Below are positions 11,500-22,579 of a stretch of 64,000 nt of DNA, piece by piece (within the stretch, counting starts at the first letter, position 1; every line of letters begins with the position of its first letter). The stretch spans positions 641,016 through 705,015 of the forward strand of contig CAZFRF010000001.1 in the NCBI GenBank assembly GCA_964521295.1, in the 5' to 3' direction. The notes below the pieces were generated by a model, which worked only from the letters and a program-made list of their open reading frames with translations, searched no databases and was not told the DNA's origin. The position numbers were made by a program, and so were the translations under genes. This DNA is from an uncultured Gammaproteobacteria bacterium. GTDB taxonomy: Bacteria; Patescibacteriota; Microgenomatia; Levybacterales; UBA12049.

Positions 11500-13167
11500 T
11501 TAGGGATTAAATCTGCTTCCGTCAATTGTTTCTTCGGATTTAGTAAGAATCTGTCTCCAGTCCCCAAGTTTTTTAAATAATAAAATAAAAGTTGTTGCCT
11601 CCTTAACATTAAATAACCAAGTTAAGAATAAATACAAACTAAATCCAATAAATCCTGAAATAGAAGTTAAAAATATTAAATTAATTGTTTTCGTTGTATC
11701 GAAAACTAACTGATCCAAAAGCTTAATTGGAACATACAATGCGAAAGCGGTAAAGAATGCTGCCGTAGTAATCTTAATAAAGCTGACCATAAAATCTTTT
11801 TTATTAAATCCTCCAACTTTAAAATTCAAGAAAATTAACATAATTAAGAAATTTAAAACTGAACCTATTGAATATGCTAGAGCAATACTTTCAATTCCTA
11901 AATGATAAAAGAATATAAAAATAACTCCCAAGGCAATCATTACGAAAGTAGTTAAGCTACCAACCAATAAGGGAGTTTTTGTATCATGCAAAGCGTAGAA
12001 TCCCCTAGAGATTAAATAAATTAATGCTTGAGCAAATAAAGAGATGCTAAAAAATGCCAGTGTTCTTCCCGTTAACACCGTTGCTTGCCAATCAAAGGCA
12101 GACGCTCCATACACAAGCCTTACTAGAGGAATTCTTAAAACCAAAAATACTACTGATATAGGTAAAATAAGATAAAAAAGCTGATAAAAACTTGTCATAA
12201 AAGTCAGCTTAAAATCTTCCAGTTTATCTTTTTCCTTTGCCAATACCGGAAAAGCTGCTTGAGCAATTGCCTGGCCTATTAAAGCAACTGGCGCAAACGC
12301 AAGAGTTTGCGCAAGATCAAATATGAAATAATTTCTTCCGGGATTTTGTAAAAACGAAACTAGAGTAACAGTTGCAAGTGTTCCTAATTGAAAAACACCA
12401 ATCGAAATGGTTCTTGGCCAAATTAATTTAAAAAAATCAGTTACCCCCGAGGTTTTAATAAAATCTCTTGACAGATTAGGCCTAAAATTAAAACCCAGTT
12501 TCTTAATTAAGGGCAATTGAATTATTACAAAAATTAACGCTCCAAATATTACCCCGTAGGCCGCTGAGTATATTCCCACGAGCGGAGACAGCACTAGAAT
12601 AGAAATAATAATACCAAGATTATAAGAAGCAGAAGCTATACCTGGTACAAAAAAATGATTATAAGATTGAAGAATTGCTGATAAAAAACTACCAATTATA
12701 AACACTATTTCTCCAAAAATAACTATTCTAGTCAGATTTGTCATGAGCTCTAATTGTTCAACAGAAAAACCAGGGGCGAGTAACTTAGAGATACTACCTG
12801 CAAAAATAAAATAGATTATTGAAAATATCGAAAAGACCACCAAGCTTAGACATAAAAGAGTAGAAGCTATTTTATGTGCATCTCCTTCTCTGTTCTTGAC
12901 TAAATAATCTGAAAAAATTGGAATAAATGCAGATGACAGAGCGCCTGCAATAATAAGCTGAAATAAAAATTCCGGCACTCTAGTGGAGGCAAAGTAGATG
13001 CCCACTGTATTGGAAGGACCAAAAATAGATGCCAAAAGTCTTAATCTGATAACACCAAGCACTTGTGAAAGAATAATTGTCGTCATTATTACAAAAGCAG
13101 CAGAAATAATGTTGCTTTGCCTTTGCAATATAAGACTAAGGCCTTTTTTGAAAAAATCTTTAGGCAT
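11500..13167 (-). CDS. murJ: Lipid II flippase MurJ (MviN)
   Basis: AGALSSAFIPIF, RGFYALHDTKTP; many TM helices. Confidence 0.93.
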   Translation of the reverse strand: MPKDFFKKGLSLILQRQSNIISAAFVIMTTIILSQVLGVIRLRLLASIFGPSNTVGIYFASTRVPEFLFQLIIAGALSSAFIPIFSDYLVKNREGDAHKIASTLLCLSLVVFSIFSIIYFIFAGSISKLLAPGFSVEQLELMTNLTRIVIFGEIVFIIGSFLSAILQSYNHFFVPGIASASYNLGIIISILVLSPLVGIYSAAYGVIFGALIFVIIQLPLIKKLGFNFRPNLSRDFIKTSGVTDFFKLIWPRTISIGVFQLGTLATVTLVSFLQNPGRNYFIFDLAQTLAFAPVALIGQAIAQAAFPVLAKEKDKLEDFKLTFMTSFYQLFYLILPISVVFLVLRIPLVRLVYGASAFDWQATVLTGRTLAFFSISLFAQALIYLISRGFYALHDTKTPLLVGSLTTFVMIALGVIFIFFYHLGIESIALAYSIGSVLNFLIMLIFLNFKVGGFNKKDFMVSFIKITTAAFFTAFALYVPIKLLDQLVFDTTKTINLIFLTSISGFIGFSLYLFLTWLFNVKEATTFILLFKKLGDWRQILTKSEETIDGSRFNP

Positions 13168-13210
13168 AAAAAGTGTTGTTTTATACAGTATAACATGCTA
13201 AAATAGCGAC

Positions 13211-13507
13211 ATGCCACTAATAAAGTCAGCAAAGAAAAAGTTAAGAAAAGACATAAAAAGAACTGAAAGAAATGCTAAAACAAAAATTTCGCTTTCTAAG
13301 GCTCTTAAAAATGCTGCTAAAAAACCAACTCAAGAATCAGTAAAAACTGCAGCTAAACTGGCTGACATTGCAGCTAAGAACAAAATCATTCACAAAAATA
13401 AAGCTGCTAGAATTAAATCTAAACTTTCAAAATTGATTAAAACTCCGGTTAAAAAAGCAGAAACACCAAAAACAAATAAAACTAAGACTTCTAAGGCTAA
13501 AAAATAA
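13211..13507 (+). CDS. rpsT: 30S ribosomal protein S20
   Basis: MPLIKSAKK...IIHKNKAARIKSKL with Lys-rich tail. Confidence 0.96.
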   Translation: MPLIKSAKKKLRKDIKRTERNAKTKISLSKALKNAAKKPTQESVKTAAKLADIAAKNKIIHKNKAARIKSKLSKLIKTPVKKAETPKTNKTKTSKAKK

Positions 13508-13554
13508 CTTTTTCTTTTGACAAACAAGCCAAATTCCCCTAGACTAAAATTGGT

Positions 13555-14121
13555 ATGTCAAAAAAAAATATCTCCATAAATTTAATCAAAGACCAAAAAA
13601 ATGATATAGTCGAAAGAATTATCAATTGGTCGCTTAGTATCGGTAGGATCCTAGTAATCGCCACAGAACTGGTTGCACTACTTGCGTTTCTTTGGAGATT
13701 CGGACTCGATCAACAATTAATTGATCTACACACACAAATTAAGCAAAAACAGGTAATTGTTGCTGCTTTTAAAAAACAAGAGGATGAATATAGAAACCTA
13801 CAGGACAGACTAAGCATTGCTTCTAATTTTTCTACAATCCAGGAAAAGAACCAACAAGATCTTAAAGCGATATTAAATATCGGCACAAAATATGCAAGTT
13901 TTAACAAAATTTCTAATTCAAGTAATAAAATTTCAATGGAAATTAATATTCCCTCTGTTATTTCATTAAGCAATTTAGTAAATGAAATAAAAAGCTATCC
14001 CTCTACTCAGAACATCAGTATTGATAAGATTGAAACTAAAACAAGCAGTGGAATAATTATCGTAGGAATATCTGTGTATCTAAAACCATTGGCAACAAAA
14101 TATGCAACTGAAAATCAATAA
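13555..14121 (+). CDS. Type IV pilus assembly PilN-like protein
   Basis: INL motif near the N-terminus, single TM, coiled coil; precedes a PilO-like gene. Confidence 0.65.
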   Translation: MSKKNISINLIKDQKNDIVERIINWSLSIGRILVIATELVALLAFLWRFGLDQQLIDLHTQIKQKQVIVAAFKKQEDEYRNLQDRLSIASNFSTIQEKNQQDLKAILNIGTKYASFNKISNSSNKISMEINIPSVISLSNLVNEIKSYPSTQNISIDKIETKTSSGIIIVGISVYLKPLATKYATENQ

Positions 14122-14713
14122 AATTTTTACATCCGTAAATAAAGAAAAATATGGTAAGTACTTAGAGCTTATTCCAGATTTTAAAAAAGAAAAGGCTCAA
14201 AAATTTACAACTATTGTATTAACAATTGTGGCAGTCATTATTTTAGCAATATTCGCAATCAATCCCACGCTATCAACAATTGCAAATCTAAACAAGCAAC
14301 TTGAGGATGCGAGATTCGTATCAAAAAGATTACAAGATAAAATTAACGACTTATCTATATTACAATCAAAATTTAACAGCATACAAGAAGATTTACCCTT
14401 AATTTACGAATCTGTTCCGAAAAAATCTGAAGCACCAAAAATTACTGGACAAATTCAAGCAATTGCCCAAGCAGCTAATGTTACTATAATAAGCACTCAA
14501 ATAAGCAACATTACTCAAGCACAAGCTAAATTTTACTATTTAGATTTTAATATTACATTAACTGGATCATATGAAAATATCATAAATTTCATAGACCAAT
14601 TAAGTAATTCTCAAAGAATTACATATATTTATAACGTTAGCATTACTAAGGGACAAAAAGAGGGTGAAGCATTAAGAGTTAATGTAAAAGGACAGGCCTT
14701 TTTCAAAGAGTAA
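14102..14713 (+). CDS. pilO: Type IV pilus assembly protein PilO
   Basis: TM, coiled coil, ITLTGSYENIINFIDQLSNSQRI motif. Confidence 0.8.
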   Translation: MQLKINKIFTSVNKEKYGKYLELIPDFKKEKAQKFTTIVLTIVAVIILAIFAINPTLSTIANLNKQLEDARFVSKRLQDKINDLSILQSKFNSIQEDLPLIYESVPKKSEAPKITGQIQAIAQAANVTIISTQISNITQAQAKFYYLDFNITLTGSYENIINFIDQLSNSQRITYIYNVSITKGQKEGEALRVNVKGQAFFKE

Positions 14714-14714
14714 C

Positions 14715-15044
14715 ATGAAAAGAAAAGATATTTTAATCATACTAATTCCAAGCTTAATTGTTGTTATTTTATGGGTAATTTTTAGCGTTTTTCATAACTA
14801 TATTAACTCCACAATTCCTAATGATATTAATATGCAAATCTTATCTATTAATCCCGATTTTGACACAGATACTATAAATAAAATTAAATCTAGGTCAACT
14901 ATTGATCCTATCTATACCTTCGAACAATCTACTGTAGACGAAGCTTCTCTCGATGAAAACCCTTCTCCTACACCAAGTGTAAACCCACCTACGGTAAGCA
15001 CTTCAAGCGCAAAAATAGCTAGCGACGAAGGAGCATTGGAATAA
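14715..15044 (+). CDS. Single-TM hypothetical protein in the pilNO operon
   Basis: N-terminal TM, INPDFDTDTI motif, Pro/Ser/Thr tail; occupies the usual PilP position. Confidence 0.6.
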   Translation: MKRKDILIILIPSLIVVILWVIFSVFHNYINSTIPNDINMQILSINPDFDTDTINKIKSRSTIDPIYTFEQSTVDEASLDENPSPTPSVNPPTVSTSSAKIASDEGALE

Positions 15045-16459
15045 TGAAACAACATTTTTGGAATAAACGCATTCCAACTTTATTGGGTATTTTTTTAATC
15101 GGCGTAGGCATAATCGTTACAACCATCCTAGTTAAACAAGGTGGTTTTTTATCAATTAACGCTAGCCCAACTACTCAACCAAAAAATGTAAGAATAACAA
15201 ATATTACCCATGATAGTTTTACGGTTTCTTATGAAACTCAAGATTCGGTTTTCGGGGTTATTAGTTATGGAACAAGTATTGAATTAGGCAAATCGGGACT
15301 CGACGATCGAGACCAGGAAACCGGAAACATATCGGCACATAAATTACATAACATTACAGTCAGAAATTTAACCCCTGAAACCAAGTATTATTTTTCAATC
15401 ATTAGCGGAAAGGATACATTTCTAAACACAGACAGTCCTTATGAGGTGACTACCGGAATAGAGATTTCCGAATCACCTACTGAGCAGGAACCAGTTAGCG
15501 GCAGGATTCTTCTTCCCAATGGAAAACCTCCAGCTGAAAGCATTATCTACTTAACCACAGAGGGAACTCAAATAATATCATCTTTAGTTAAAAATGACGG
15601 AACTTTTGTTATCCCTCTTAATTCCTTACGAACAACAGATTTAATCTCCTATAGCACTCTTAGCGAGAATCAAATTCTCAAACTATTAATAACTGGCGAT
15701 AACAGTCAAACATCAAGCGTCATTATTTCATTAGATCAAATCCAGCCTATTCCACCCATCTCCTTAGGTAGTAACTACGACTTCACACAAAGTGAAAAAA
15801 AAACAGCAACCAACTCTGCAGTACTCGAGGTATTTCCATCCTTCTCCAGCACAGAAAAAACAGTTGAAACCAATAACGGACCCAAAATAATAACTCCCGA
15901 AAGAAATGCAGAAATTCCCGATCAAAAACCAAAATTTACTGGTACAGCAAACCCTAACGAAACAATTCAGGTAATTATTCATTCAGATGAGAAAATTCAA
16001 GTAGATGTAAAAACAGATTCAAAAGGCAATTGGAGCTATAGACCAACAAAAGATCTTTCTCCTGGTAACCATACTATTACTGTAGTTGCAAAAGACAAAA
16101 ATGGAATATTAAAAACAATTATCCAATCCTTCGTTGTTTATGCTTCGGGTAGTCAACTAGAAGGAGAGACAGGCTCACCAACCCCTACTGTCAAACCTCA
16201 AGCAACAAAAACGATAACACAAACGCCAACCCATACTCCAACTACAGCACCCAATATAACAACAAACACGCCTACAACTGAGCCAATTGATAGTAATAAC
16301 GTTGTTACCATCACAGAAGCAGCAACTAAATCTCCAACCCCAACTACCCCTTTACCTCCAACCGGGAATCCTACTATAATGAGCTTCGGTATAGTTGGAT
16401 TAGTAGTTACCATGTTAGGTAGTCTTCTATTTCTTCTATCTAGAAAAAATAGCATATGA
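15044..16459 (+). CDS. Surface protein with FN3-like and Ig-like domains, Thr/Pro linker and LPPTG sorting-like tail
   Basis: PKNVRITNIT...LTPETKYYF; PKFTGTA...GNWSY...LSPGNHTITV; LPPTG + TM + RK. Confidence 0.75.
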   Translation: MKQHFWNKRIPTLLGIFLIGVGIIVTTILVKQGGFLSINASPTTQPKNVRITNITHDSFTVSYETQDSVFGVISYGTSIELGKSGLDDRDQETGNISAHKLHNITVRNLTPETKYYFSIISGKDTFLNTDSPYEVTTGIEISESPTEQEPVSGRILLPNGKPPAESIIYLTTEGTQIISSLVKNDGTFVIPLNSLRTTDLISYSTLSENQILKLLITGDNSQTSSVIISLDQIQPIPPISLGSNYDFTQSEKKTATNSAVLEVFPSFSSTEKTVETNNGPKIITPERNAEIPDQKPKFTGTANPNETIQVIIHSDEKIQVDVKTDSKGNWSYRPTKDLSPGNHTITVVAKDKNGILKTIIQSFVVYASGSQLEGETGSPTPTVKPQATKTITQTPTHTPTTAPNITTNTPTTEPIDSNNVVTITEAATKSPTPTTPLPPTGNPTIMSFGIVGLVVTMLGSLLFLLSRKNSI

Positions 16460-17739
16460 AGATAGCAATAATTGGAGCCGGTTTTACAGGGCTTTCTGCT
16501 GCCTGGGAGTTAGTTAAAAATAATCATGATGTATATATATATGAAAAGGATACATATCCAGGAGGGCTCGCTATTGGTTATCAGGAAAAAAAATGGAATT
16601 GGTCCCTAGAAAAACACTATCATCATTGGTTTACTAATGATAAAAGCGTTTTGGATCTTGCGGAAGAAATAAAATTTAAAGTTATAGTAAAAAGGCCAAA
16701 AACTACTGTTTTAATTCAAGATAAAATTTACCAACTAGATTCTCCACTTACTGTATTAAGATTTCCTTTAATGTCTTTCCTGTCTAGAATAAGAATGGCT
16801 GCAGTAATCGGCTTTTTAAAATTCAATCCATTATGGAAACCTTTGGAAAAATACAAAGCCGCAAAAGTATTACCACTTCTTATGGGAAAAAAGGCATATG
16901 AGATGATTTGGGAGCCCTTATTCATAAATAAGTTTGGTAAATATACAAGTAATATTTCACTCGCCTGGTTTTGGGCGAGAATTACTAAAAGAACTCCATC
17001 TCTTGCTTATCCAAAAGGGGGATTTTTAAATTTTGCAAACGCTTTGACAAAAACAATAAAAATAAAAAAAGGCAAATTTTTCTTTGATACAGAAATACTT
17101 GATTTAAAAGAAGATAAAAAATTAATCCTGACAATAAAAGACAAAAATGAAAAAATCACGCAAGAGGAATTTGATAAAATTATCGTTACAACTCCTTCAT
17201 TTTTATTCTTAAAAATTGCAAAAAACTTACCTAATGAATATAAAAATAAACTCGGAAAACTACATGGCCTGGGAGCAACAAATCTAGTTCTTAGACTCAA
17301 AAAACCATTCTTTAACGATAGTACCTATTGGGTAAGTGTCTGCGATAAAAATGCACCCGTAATGGCAATTGTCGAACACACTAACTTCATGAATAAAAAG
17401 TTCTACAATAATGAAAGTATTTTATATTTAGGTAATTACCGAGATTCCAATGATATTTATTTCCAAATGAATGAAGATCAAATGCTTAATCATTTCGATA
17501 CTTTTCTAAAAAAAATTAACCCTGAATACAAAAAAAACATAATCAGTAAAAAATTGTTTAAATCCCCATTTGCTCAGCCAATCATTCCAATTAATTATTC
17601 CAAAATATTACCTAAATTTATAACTCCTATTAAAAATGTATACTTAGCCAACATCGAACAAGTTTATCCATGGGATAGAGGTACAAATTATGCGGTTGAA
17701 TTAGGTCAGAAAGTTGTAAAAATTGCCCTAGATGAATAA
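16456..17739 (+). CDS. FAD-dependent oxidoreductase (amine oxidase/HemY-like superfamily)
   Basis: IAIIGAGFTGLSAA Rossmann motif, EK...GGL, LEKHYHHWF, YPWDRGTNYAV. Confidence 0.8.
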   Translation: MKIAIIGAGFTGLSAAWELVKNNHDVYIYEKDTYPGGLAIGYQEKKWNWSLEKHYHHWFTNDKSVLDLAEEIKFKVIVKRPKTTVLIQDKIYQLDSPLTVLRFPLMSFLSRIRMAAVIGFLKFNPLWKPLEKYKAAKVLPLLMGKKAYEMIWEPLFINKFGKYTSNISLAWFWARITKRTPSLAYPKGGFLNFANALTKTIKIKKGKFFFDTEILDLKEDKKLILTIKDKNEKITQEEFDKIIVTTPSFLFLKIAKNLPNEYKNKLGKLHGLGATNLVLRLKKPFFNDSTYWVSVCDKNAPVMAIVEHTNFMNKKFYNNESILYLGNYRDSNDIYFQMNEDQMLNHFDTFLKKINPEYKKNIISKKLFKSPFAQPIIPINYSKILPKFITPIKNVYLANIEQVYPWDRGTNYAVELGQKVVKIALDE

Positions 17740-19351
17740 ATTATTTCAATTTATAAAATCTAATAAAATAGAAACACTTATTGCTTTATTAGCCGTCTGT
17801 TTTTCAACTTGGTTAATGTTTTCATCATTTAACGTAAGCGAAGGAAATATGCAAATATCTGCAAAATCATGGAGCGATTTTGCTAGCCACATACCCTTAA
17901 TTAGATCCTTTTCTCTAGGCTCCAATCTACCACCTGAATATCCATTATTTGCAGGACCAGCTATTAAATATCATTATCTATTCTATTTAGTCGTAGGCGT
18001 GTTAGAAAGAATAGGGGTTAGGATTGATTTTGCCTTAAATATTCCCTCAATTATAGGTTTTGCTTCGTTAATATTTATGATTTATCTTTTTGCAAAAGAA
18101 ATTTTTAAATCTAAAATGGTTGGCATTATAAGTATTTTTTTGTTTTTATTTAATAGCTCATTAAGTTTTATTAATTTTTTTCGAGAACATTCTTTCTCAA
18201 TTCAGGAGATAATTTTAAATAAAGACTTTACGAATTTTGGTCCGTATGACGGAGGAGTAATATCAGCTTTTTGGAATTTAAATATTTACACAAACCAAAG
18301 ACACCTAGCCTTAGCCTATGCACTTTCCCTACTAATCATCTACACATTCTTAAAACTACATACTACAAATCATAAAAATGCATATGAAAAAACACTAATT
18401 ATTGGAATTGTACTTGGGTTATCTTTCATATTAAACATGGCTGTATTTTTAATGACAATTTCTGTTCTTATAACATTAATGCTATTTCTAAAACATCAAA
18501 GAAAATATATTTTTATATCTTTAATGTTATCTGGAGTAATTGCGCTGCCCTTTTACTTATATCAAATCTCCACGCCATCTATGGCGCCCATCACTTTTTG
18601 GCCTGGATATTTAGTAACTGATCTATCGATTATTAATTTCATTAATTATTGGGTACAAAATATCGGCCTCAATATAGTTTTAATACCAATTGGATTTATT
18701 ATCGCAAAAAAAATTCAGAAAAAAATATTAATTGCGTTTTTCAGCATTTTTATAATCGGAAATATCTTGAAATTTTCACCTGAAATTGCAGCCAATCATA
18801 AATTTTTCAATTTCTTTATTATCGTTTCAGCTATGTTCTCTGCAAATTTACTTGTTAGTTTATGGAAAAAACATGACACACTAAAGCCAATAACTATATT
18901 ATTATTTTTAGGATTAATTCTTTCAGGAATTATTGATTTTTTCCCAATATATAATGATCGAAAAATTACACTTGAAGATTATACAAACAATCCAAGTATT
19001 AGATGGATAAAAAATAGCACTCCTAGCGACTCTATTTTTTTAAACTCGCAATATTTATATAACTACGCGAATATCGCAGGTAGAAGAATATTTTTGGGAT
19101 GGCCATACTTCTCTTGGTCACAGGGGTACAATACAGAAGCAAGAGATAATCTAAGAAAAAAAATGTTAAACACTAATGATCTATCATTTTTTTGCAGCAA
19201 CGCAACAAATTATAAATTAAATTATATCGATATTAATACACGAAACGAAGATGCAATGGTAAATTTAAATTTTTTTGAGAAAAACTTTAAAAAGGTATAT
19301 GAAAATATGAAGGATGGATTTATAATCTACAGTATTAATTCAAAATGCTAA
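17732..19351 (+). CDS. Multi-TM GT-C-like glycosyltransferase
   Basis: WSDFASH, PPEYPLFAG..IKYHYLF; C-terminal soluble domain with AGRRIFLGW. Confidence 0.6.
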   Translation: MNKLFQFIKSNKIETLIALLAVCFSTWLMFSSFNVSEGNMQISAKSWSDFASHIPLIRSFSLGSNLPPEYPLFAGPAIKYHYLFYLVVGVLERIGVRIDFALNIPSIIGFASLIFMIYLFAKEIFKSKMVGIISIFLFLFNSSLSFINFFREHSFSIQEIILNKDFTNFGPYDGGVISAFWNLNIYTNQRHLALAYALSLLIIYTFLKLHTTNHKNAYEKTLIIGIVLGLSFILNMAVFLMTISVLITLMLFLKHQRKYIFISLMLSGVIALPFYLYQISTPSMAPITFWPGYLVTDLSIINFINYWVQNIGLNIVLIPIGFIIAKKIQKKILIAFFSIFIIGNILKFSPEIAANHKFFNFFIIVSAMFSANLLVSLWKKHDTLKPITILLFLGLILSGIIDFFPIYNDRKITLEDYTNNPSIRWIKNSTPSDSIFLNSQYLYNYANIAGRRIFLGWPYFSWSQGYNTEARDNLRKKMLNTNDLSFFCSNATNYKLNYIDINTRNEDAMVNLNFFEKNFKKVYENMKDGFIIYSINSKC

Positions 19352-21465
19352 ATATAAGTTCTGCTGATTTTAATCATATTATTAGCTGGTGGATACATTT
19401 ACTTTTATTAGGAATTATATTTATTCCTATTACTTCTTTAATATTTAATAAATTCAAAGACAAAGGTTATATATTTACTAAAATAATCTCTTTAATTTTT
19501 ATTTCCTATACTATCTTTACAGCGGGCACTTTAAAGATCTTAAATTTTTCATTTCCGAATTTGATATTTATATTAGTAATTTTTGGATTCATAAACTTAC
19601 TAGTTTTTAAACGAAATAACTCAATTAAAAATCTACTCAGAGATCTTAAATTCTTTATAATCGAAGAGATCATCTTTCTATTAACACTTATTTTTTGGTG
19701 TTTTATTAGAGGAAATCAACCAGACATTCATGGGTTAGAAAAATTTATGGACTTTGGAATGGTTAATTCTATACTTAGAACTGACTTTTTTCCTGTTAAT
19801 GATATTTGGTACTCAGGCTTAACAATCAATTATTATTATTTTGGTCACCTAATGACTGCTGTAATAATAAAATTATCAAATGTTCCTTCTTACATCGGCT
19901 ACAATCTAATGATCTGCACTCTGTTTGCATTAACATTTACGTCAGTAATCTCTTTAGCTATTAATTTATTCAATAATCTAAAGATCTCCAGCAAATCCTT
20001 AATAGCTGGCATACTTTCTGCATCACTGGTAGCTTTAAGCGGAAACCTTACGTCAATTTATACTTTTTTTAAAGCCTATGTTAACGAACATCCGGTTCCA
20101 TTTTGGAAGTTAGAATTTCTACCTTTTACTTTTCCAAATAATTTCTGGTATCCTAATGCAACAAGATTTATTCCCTATACTATCCATGAATTTCCTCTTT
20201 ATTCTTTTGTAGTTTCTGATCTTCACGGACATGTACTAGATATACCAGTTGTCTTATTTACAATTGCTTTTGTTTTTAGCTTGTTTTTAAAACAACAGAT
20301 TAAGAAAATTGACCTTTTGTTTATTGGTTTTCTTGCTGCTGTTATGTATATGACAAACGCTTGGGATGGACTCATATACACCCTCCTCGGACTAATTATT
20401 CTTTTATATCTAATGTTTGTTAAAGATCACAAGATAGTTATTAAAAAAGAAAATCTTATTAATTTTTCAATAAATCTAACATCTCTTTTTATGGGTTTTG
20501 TTTTATTCTCTTTACCTTTTAGCGCAAATTTTAAACCTTTTGTTTCAGGTATTGGAGTCATGTGCGCCCCAAGCGCATTAACCAATCTCGGAAAACTAGG
20601 TCCATTTTTATTTGAAGCAAACCATTGCCAAAAATCCCCAATTTGGCAACTAGTAATTTTATACGGATTTTTTTATTTTTTTGTGATTACGTTTTTGATC
20701 TTTCTGAAATCTCGACAAAAAAATACCCACACTTTTTCCGATAAATTTATTCTCTTTTTAATTTTATTGTCTACATTATTAATAATAATCCCAGAATTTA
20801 TATACATAAAAGATATTTATCCCATGCATTACAGAGCAAATACTATGTTTAAATTAACTTACGAAGCATTTATTATGCTTTCTATTGCATGTGGATATAT
20901 AATTTTAAGAATATTTTCCGGATTAAAAAATAAATTATTAGTATTTATATTTTTCATATTTTCTTTAATACTTATCTATCTTGTATTAAGCTATCCAATA
21001 TTCGCCATAAACTCATATTATAATAATTTAAAAAATAATCCTAACTTAGATGGTTTGAGATATATGCAGAAAAATCATCCAAACGATTATGATTTAATAA
21101 ATTGGATAAATAAAAATATAGACAAACAAACAATAATACTAGAATCAGCAGGTGACTCATACACAGATTACGCAAGAATATCGGCTAATACCGGTATACC
21201 AACAATAATTGGCTGGTCAGTCCACGAATGGCTATGGAGAGGAACATACGATGTTGTAGGACCAAGGGTTAATGATGTTCAAACAATTTATACTTCAAAT
21301 AATCTTGAGCAAGTTAAGAATCTTCTTGCGAAATACAAGGTAAAATACATAGTTGTATCAAGCCTAGAAAGAGAAAAATATAAAACTTTAAATGAAAATA
21401 ATTTTAAAAAAATTGCTAAATTAGTCTATGATAAAAAAGGTGCGAGATTATATAAGCTTAATTAG
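19345..21465 (+). CDS. DUF2298 / Chlor_Arch_YYY membrane protein (putative GT-C)
   Basis: EKFMDFG, INYYYFGH, IHEFPLYSF..SDLHGH, RANTMFK, GWSVHEWLWRG. Confidence 0.85.
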   Translation: MLNISSADFNHIISWWIHLLLLGIIFIPITSLIFNKFKDKGYIFTKIISLIFISYTIFTAGTLKILNFSFPNLIFILVIFGFINLLVFKRNNSIKNLLRDLKFFIIEEIIFLLTLIFWCFIRGNQPDIHGLEKFMDFGMVNSILRTDFFPVNDIWYSGLTINYYYFGHLMTAVIIKLSNVPSYIGYNLMICTLFALTFTSVISLAINLFNNLKISSKSLIAGILSASLVALSGNLTSIYTFFKAYVNEHPVPFWKLEFLPFTFPNNFWYPNATRFIPYTIHEFPLYSFVVSDLHGHVLDIPVVLFTIAFVFSLFLKQQIKKIDLLFIGFLAAVMYMTNAWDGLIYTLLGLIILLYLMFVKDHKIVIKKENLINFSINLTSLFMGFVLFSLPFSANFKPFVSGIGVMCAPSALTNLGKLGPFLFEANHCQKSPIWQLVILYGFFYFFVITFLIFLKSRQKNTHTFSDKFILFLILLSTLLIIIPEFIYIKDIYPMHYRANTMFKLTYEAFIMLSIACGYIILRIFSGLKNKLLVFIFFIFSLILIYLVLSYPIFAINSYYNNLKNNPNLDGLRYMQKNHPNDYDLINWINKNIDKQTIILESAGDSYTDYARISANTGIPTIIGWSVHEWLWRGTYDVVGPRVNDVQTIYTSNNLEQVKNLLAKYKVKYIVVSSLEREKYKTLNENNFKKIAKLVYDKKGARLYKLN

Positions 21466-22579
21466 AAGATTTAGCTGGAATAGTACAATTCCCTCTATTA
21501 ATCTCGCAGTTTAAATAAGTCTTTATTTCTGAAAAGTTTCCATTTCCCACTCTAGGCACTAATACAGAAAGAAAGTCATATTCACTTGAAATTGGAGCCT
21601 CTTCTAGTAATCCAGGCCTATTATTTATATAATCTCCAATATCAACTGTAGCATTATTAATCTTTGCCCCTCTCATTTTCTGAGCTAATCTAATAAAGTC
21701 ATCAAACTCTTCGGAAGTAATATCTGTATCAATACTATCCTTAATAACTGTATAAAGATTAATTATTCTACCCGGATTTATTAATGTCTCTGCAGAGAAA
21801 ACTTTATCTCTAAAAGCTGTAATTATCTTTTGCTGCCTTTTACTTCTTGCGAAATCACCACTCTCAACTCCCAATGCATGCCTAGATCTAACATATTCCA
21901 AAGCAGTTTCGCCATCCATATGATTTGGTCCCTTGTTAAAATGTAAGTGCTTGTATCTACACGCAAACTTTTCCTGTAATTCGACCTCAGCAGAAGTGGT
22001 AGCTACGAAAGCAGTAATTTCCTCATCTGTGAATCCACACTTATCATCTTCCTTTCCAGAAATTGGATACTCATAATCATCAAAGGTGTTATCGATGTTT
22101 ATTTCTAGGCCTCCGATAATATCAACTGCCTCAACGAAGCCCGAGAAATCAATTCTAACCGCATAATCTATTGTTTGACCCGTTACCTTCCCCACAACTG
22201 CCTTTGCCAAGCTTAACCCTCCACCTTTACGCTTTTGCTCGCCTTCATTATAGGCTTCATTTATTTTTTTAACAGACGTTGCAAGATCTGGAACCCATAA
22301 ATCCCTAGGAATAGATGCCAGAGTAACTCTATTTTTTGCCTCATCTAAATTAGCTAATATTATTGTGTCTGTTAGATTAGGACCATCGTGTCTTCCTCCA
22401 CCAATGCCTAATAATAAAATATTTATTTTTGTTGGGGTTGACTGTTTGAGCTTTACTTCCTTATCAAACATCAAATGAAATATAAATGGATAAAAAGATG
22501 CTGTTTTCCAAACAAAAATACCCAGTATCACAACCACAAAAACACCAGCAATAATAATTCGCCTTCTTTTTTTAAGCAT
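21458..22579 (-). CDS. LytR-CpsA-Psr (LCP) family glycopolymer transferase
   Basis: NILLLG, LTDTIILA, SIPRDLWV, KINEAY, YVRSRH, DFARSKRQQ; second ATG overlapping the tpiA stop preferred. Confidence 0.92.
   Translation of the reverse strand: MLKKRRRIIIAGVFVVVILGIFVWKTASFYPFIFHLMFDKEVKLKQSTPTKINILLLGIGGGRHDGPNLTDTIILANLDEAKNRVTLASIPRDLWVPDLATSVKKINEAYNEGEQKRKGGGLSLAKAVVGKVTGQTIDYAVRIDFSGFVEAVDIIGGLEINIDNTFDDYEYPISGKEDDKCGFTDEEITAFVATTSAEVELQEKFACRYKHLHFNKGPNHMDGETALEYVRSRHALGVESGDFARSKRQQKIITAFRDKVFSAETLINPGRIINLYTVIKDSIDTDITSEEFDDFIRLAQKMRGAKINNATVDIGDYINNRPGLLEEAPISSEYDFLSVLVPRVGNGNFSEIKTYLNCEINRGNCTIPAKSSN

Noticed and set aside
16456-17739. Protoporphyrinogen oxidase (heme synthesis)
   Set aside because: Only the fold is shared; the context is glycosyltransferases and no hem genes are in the window
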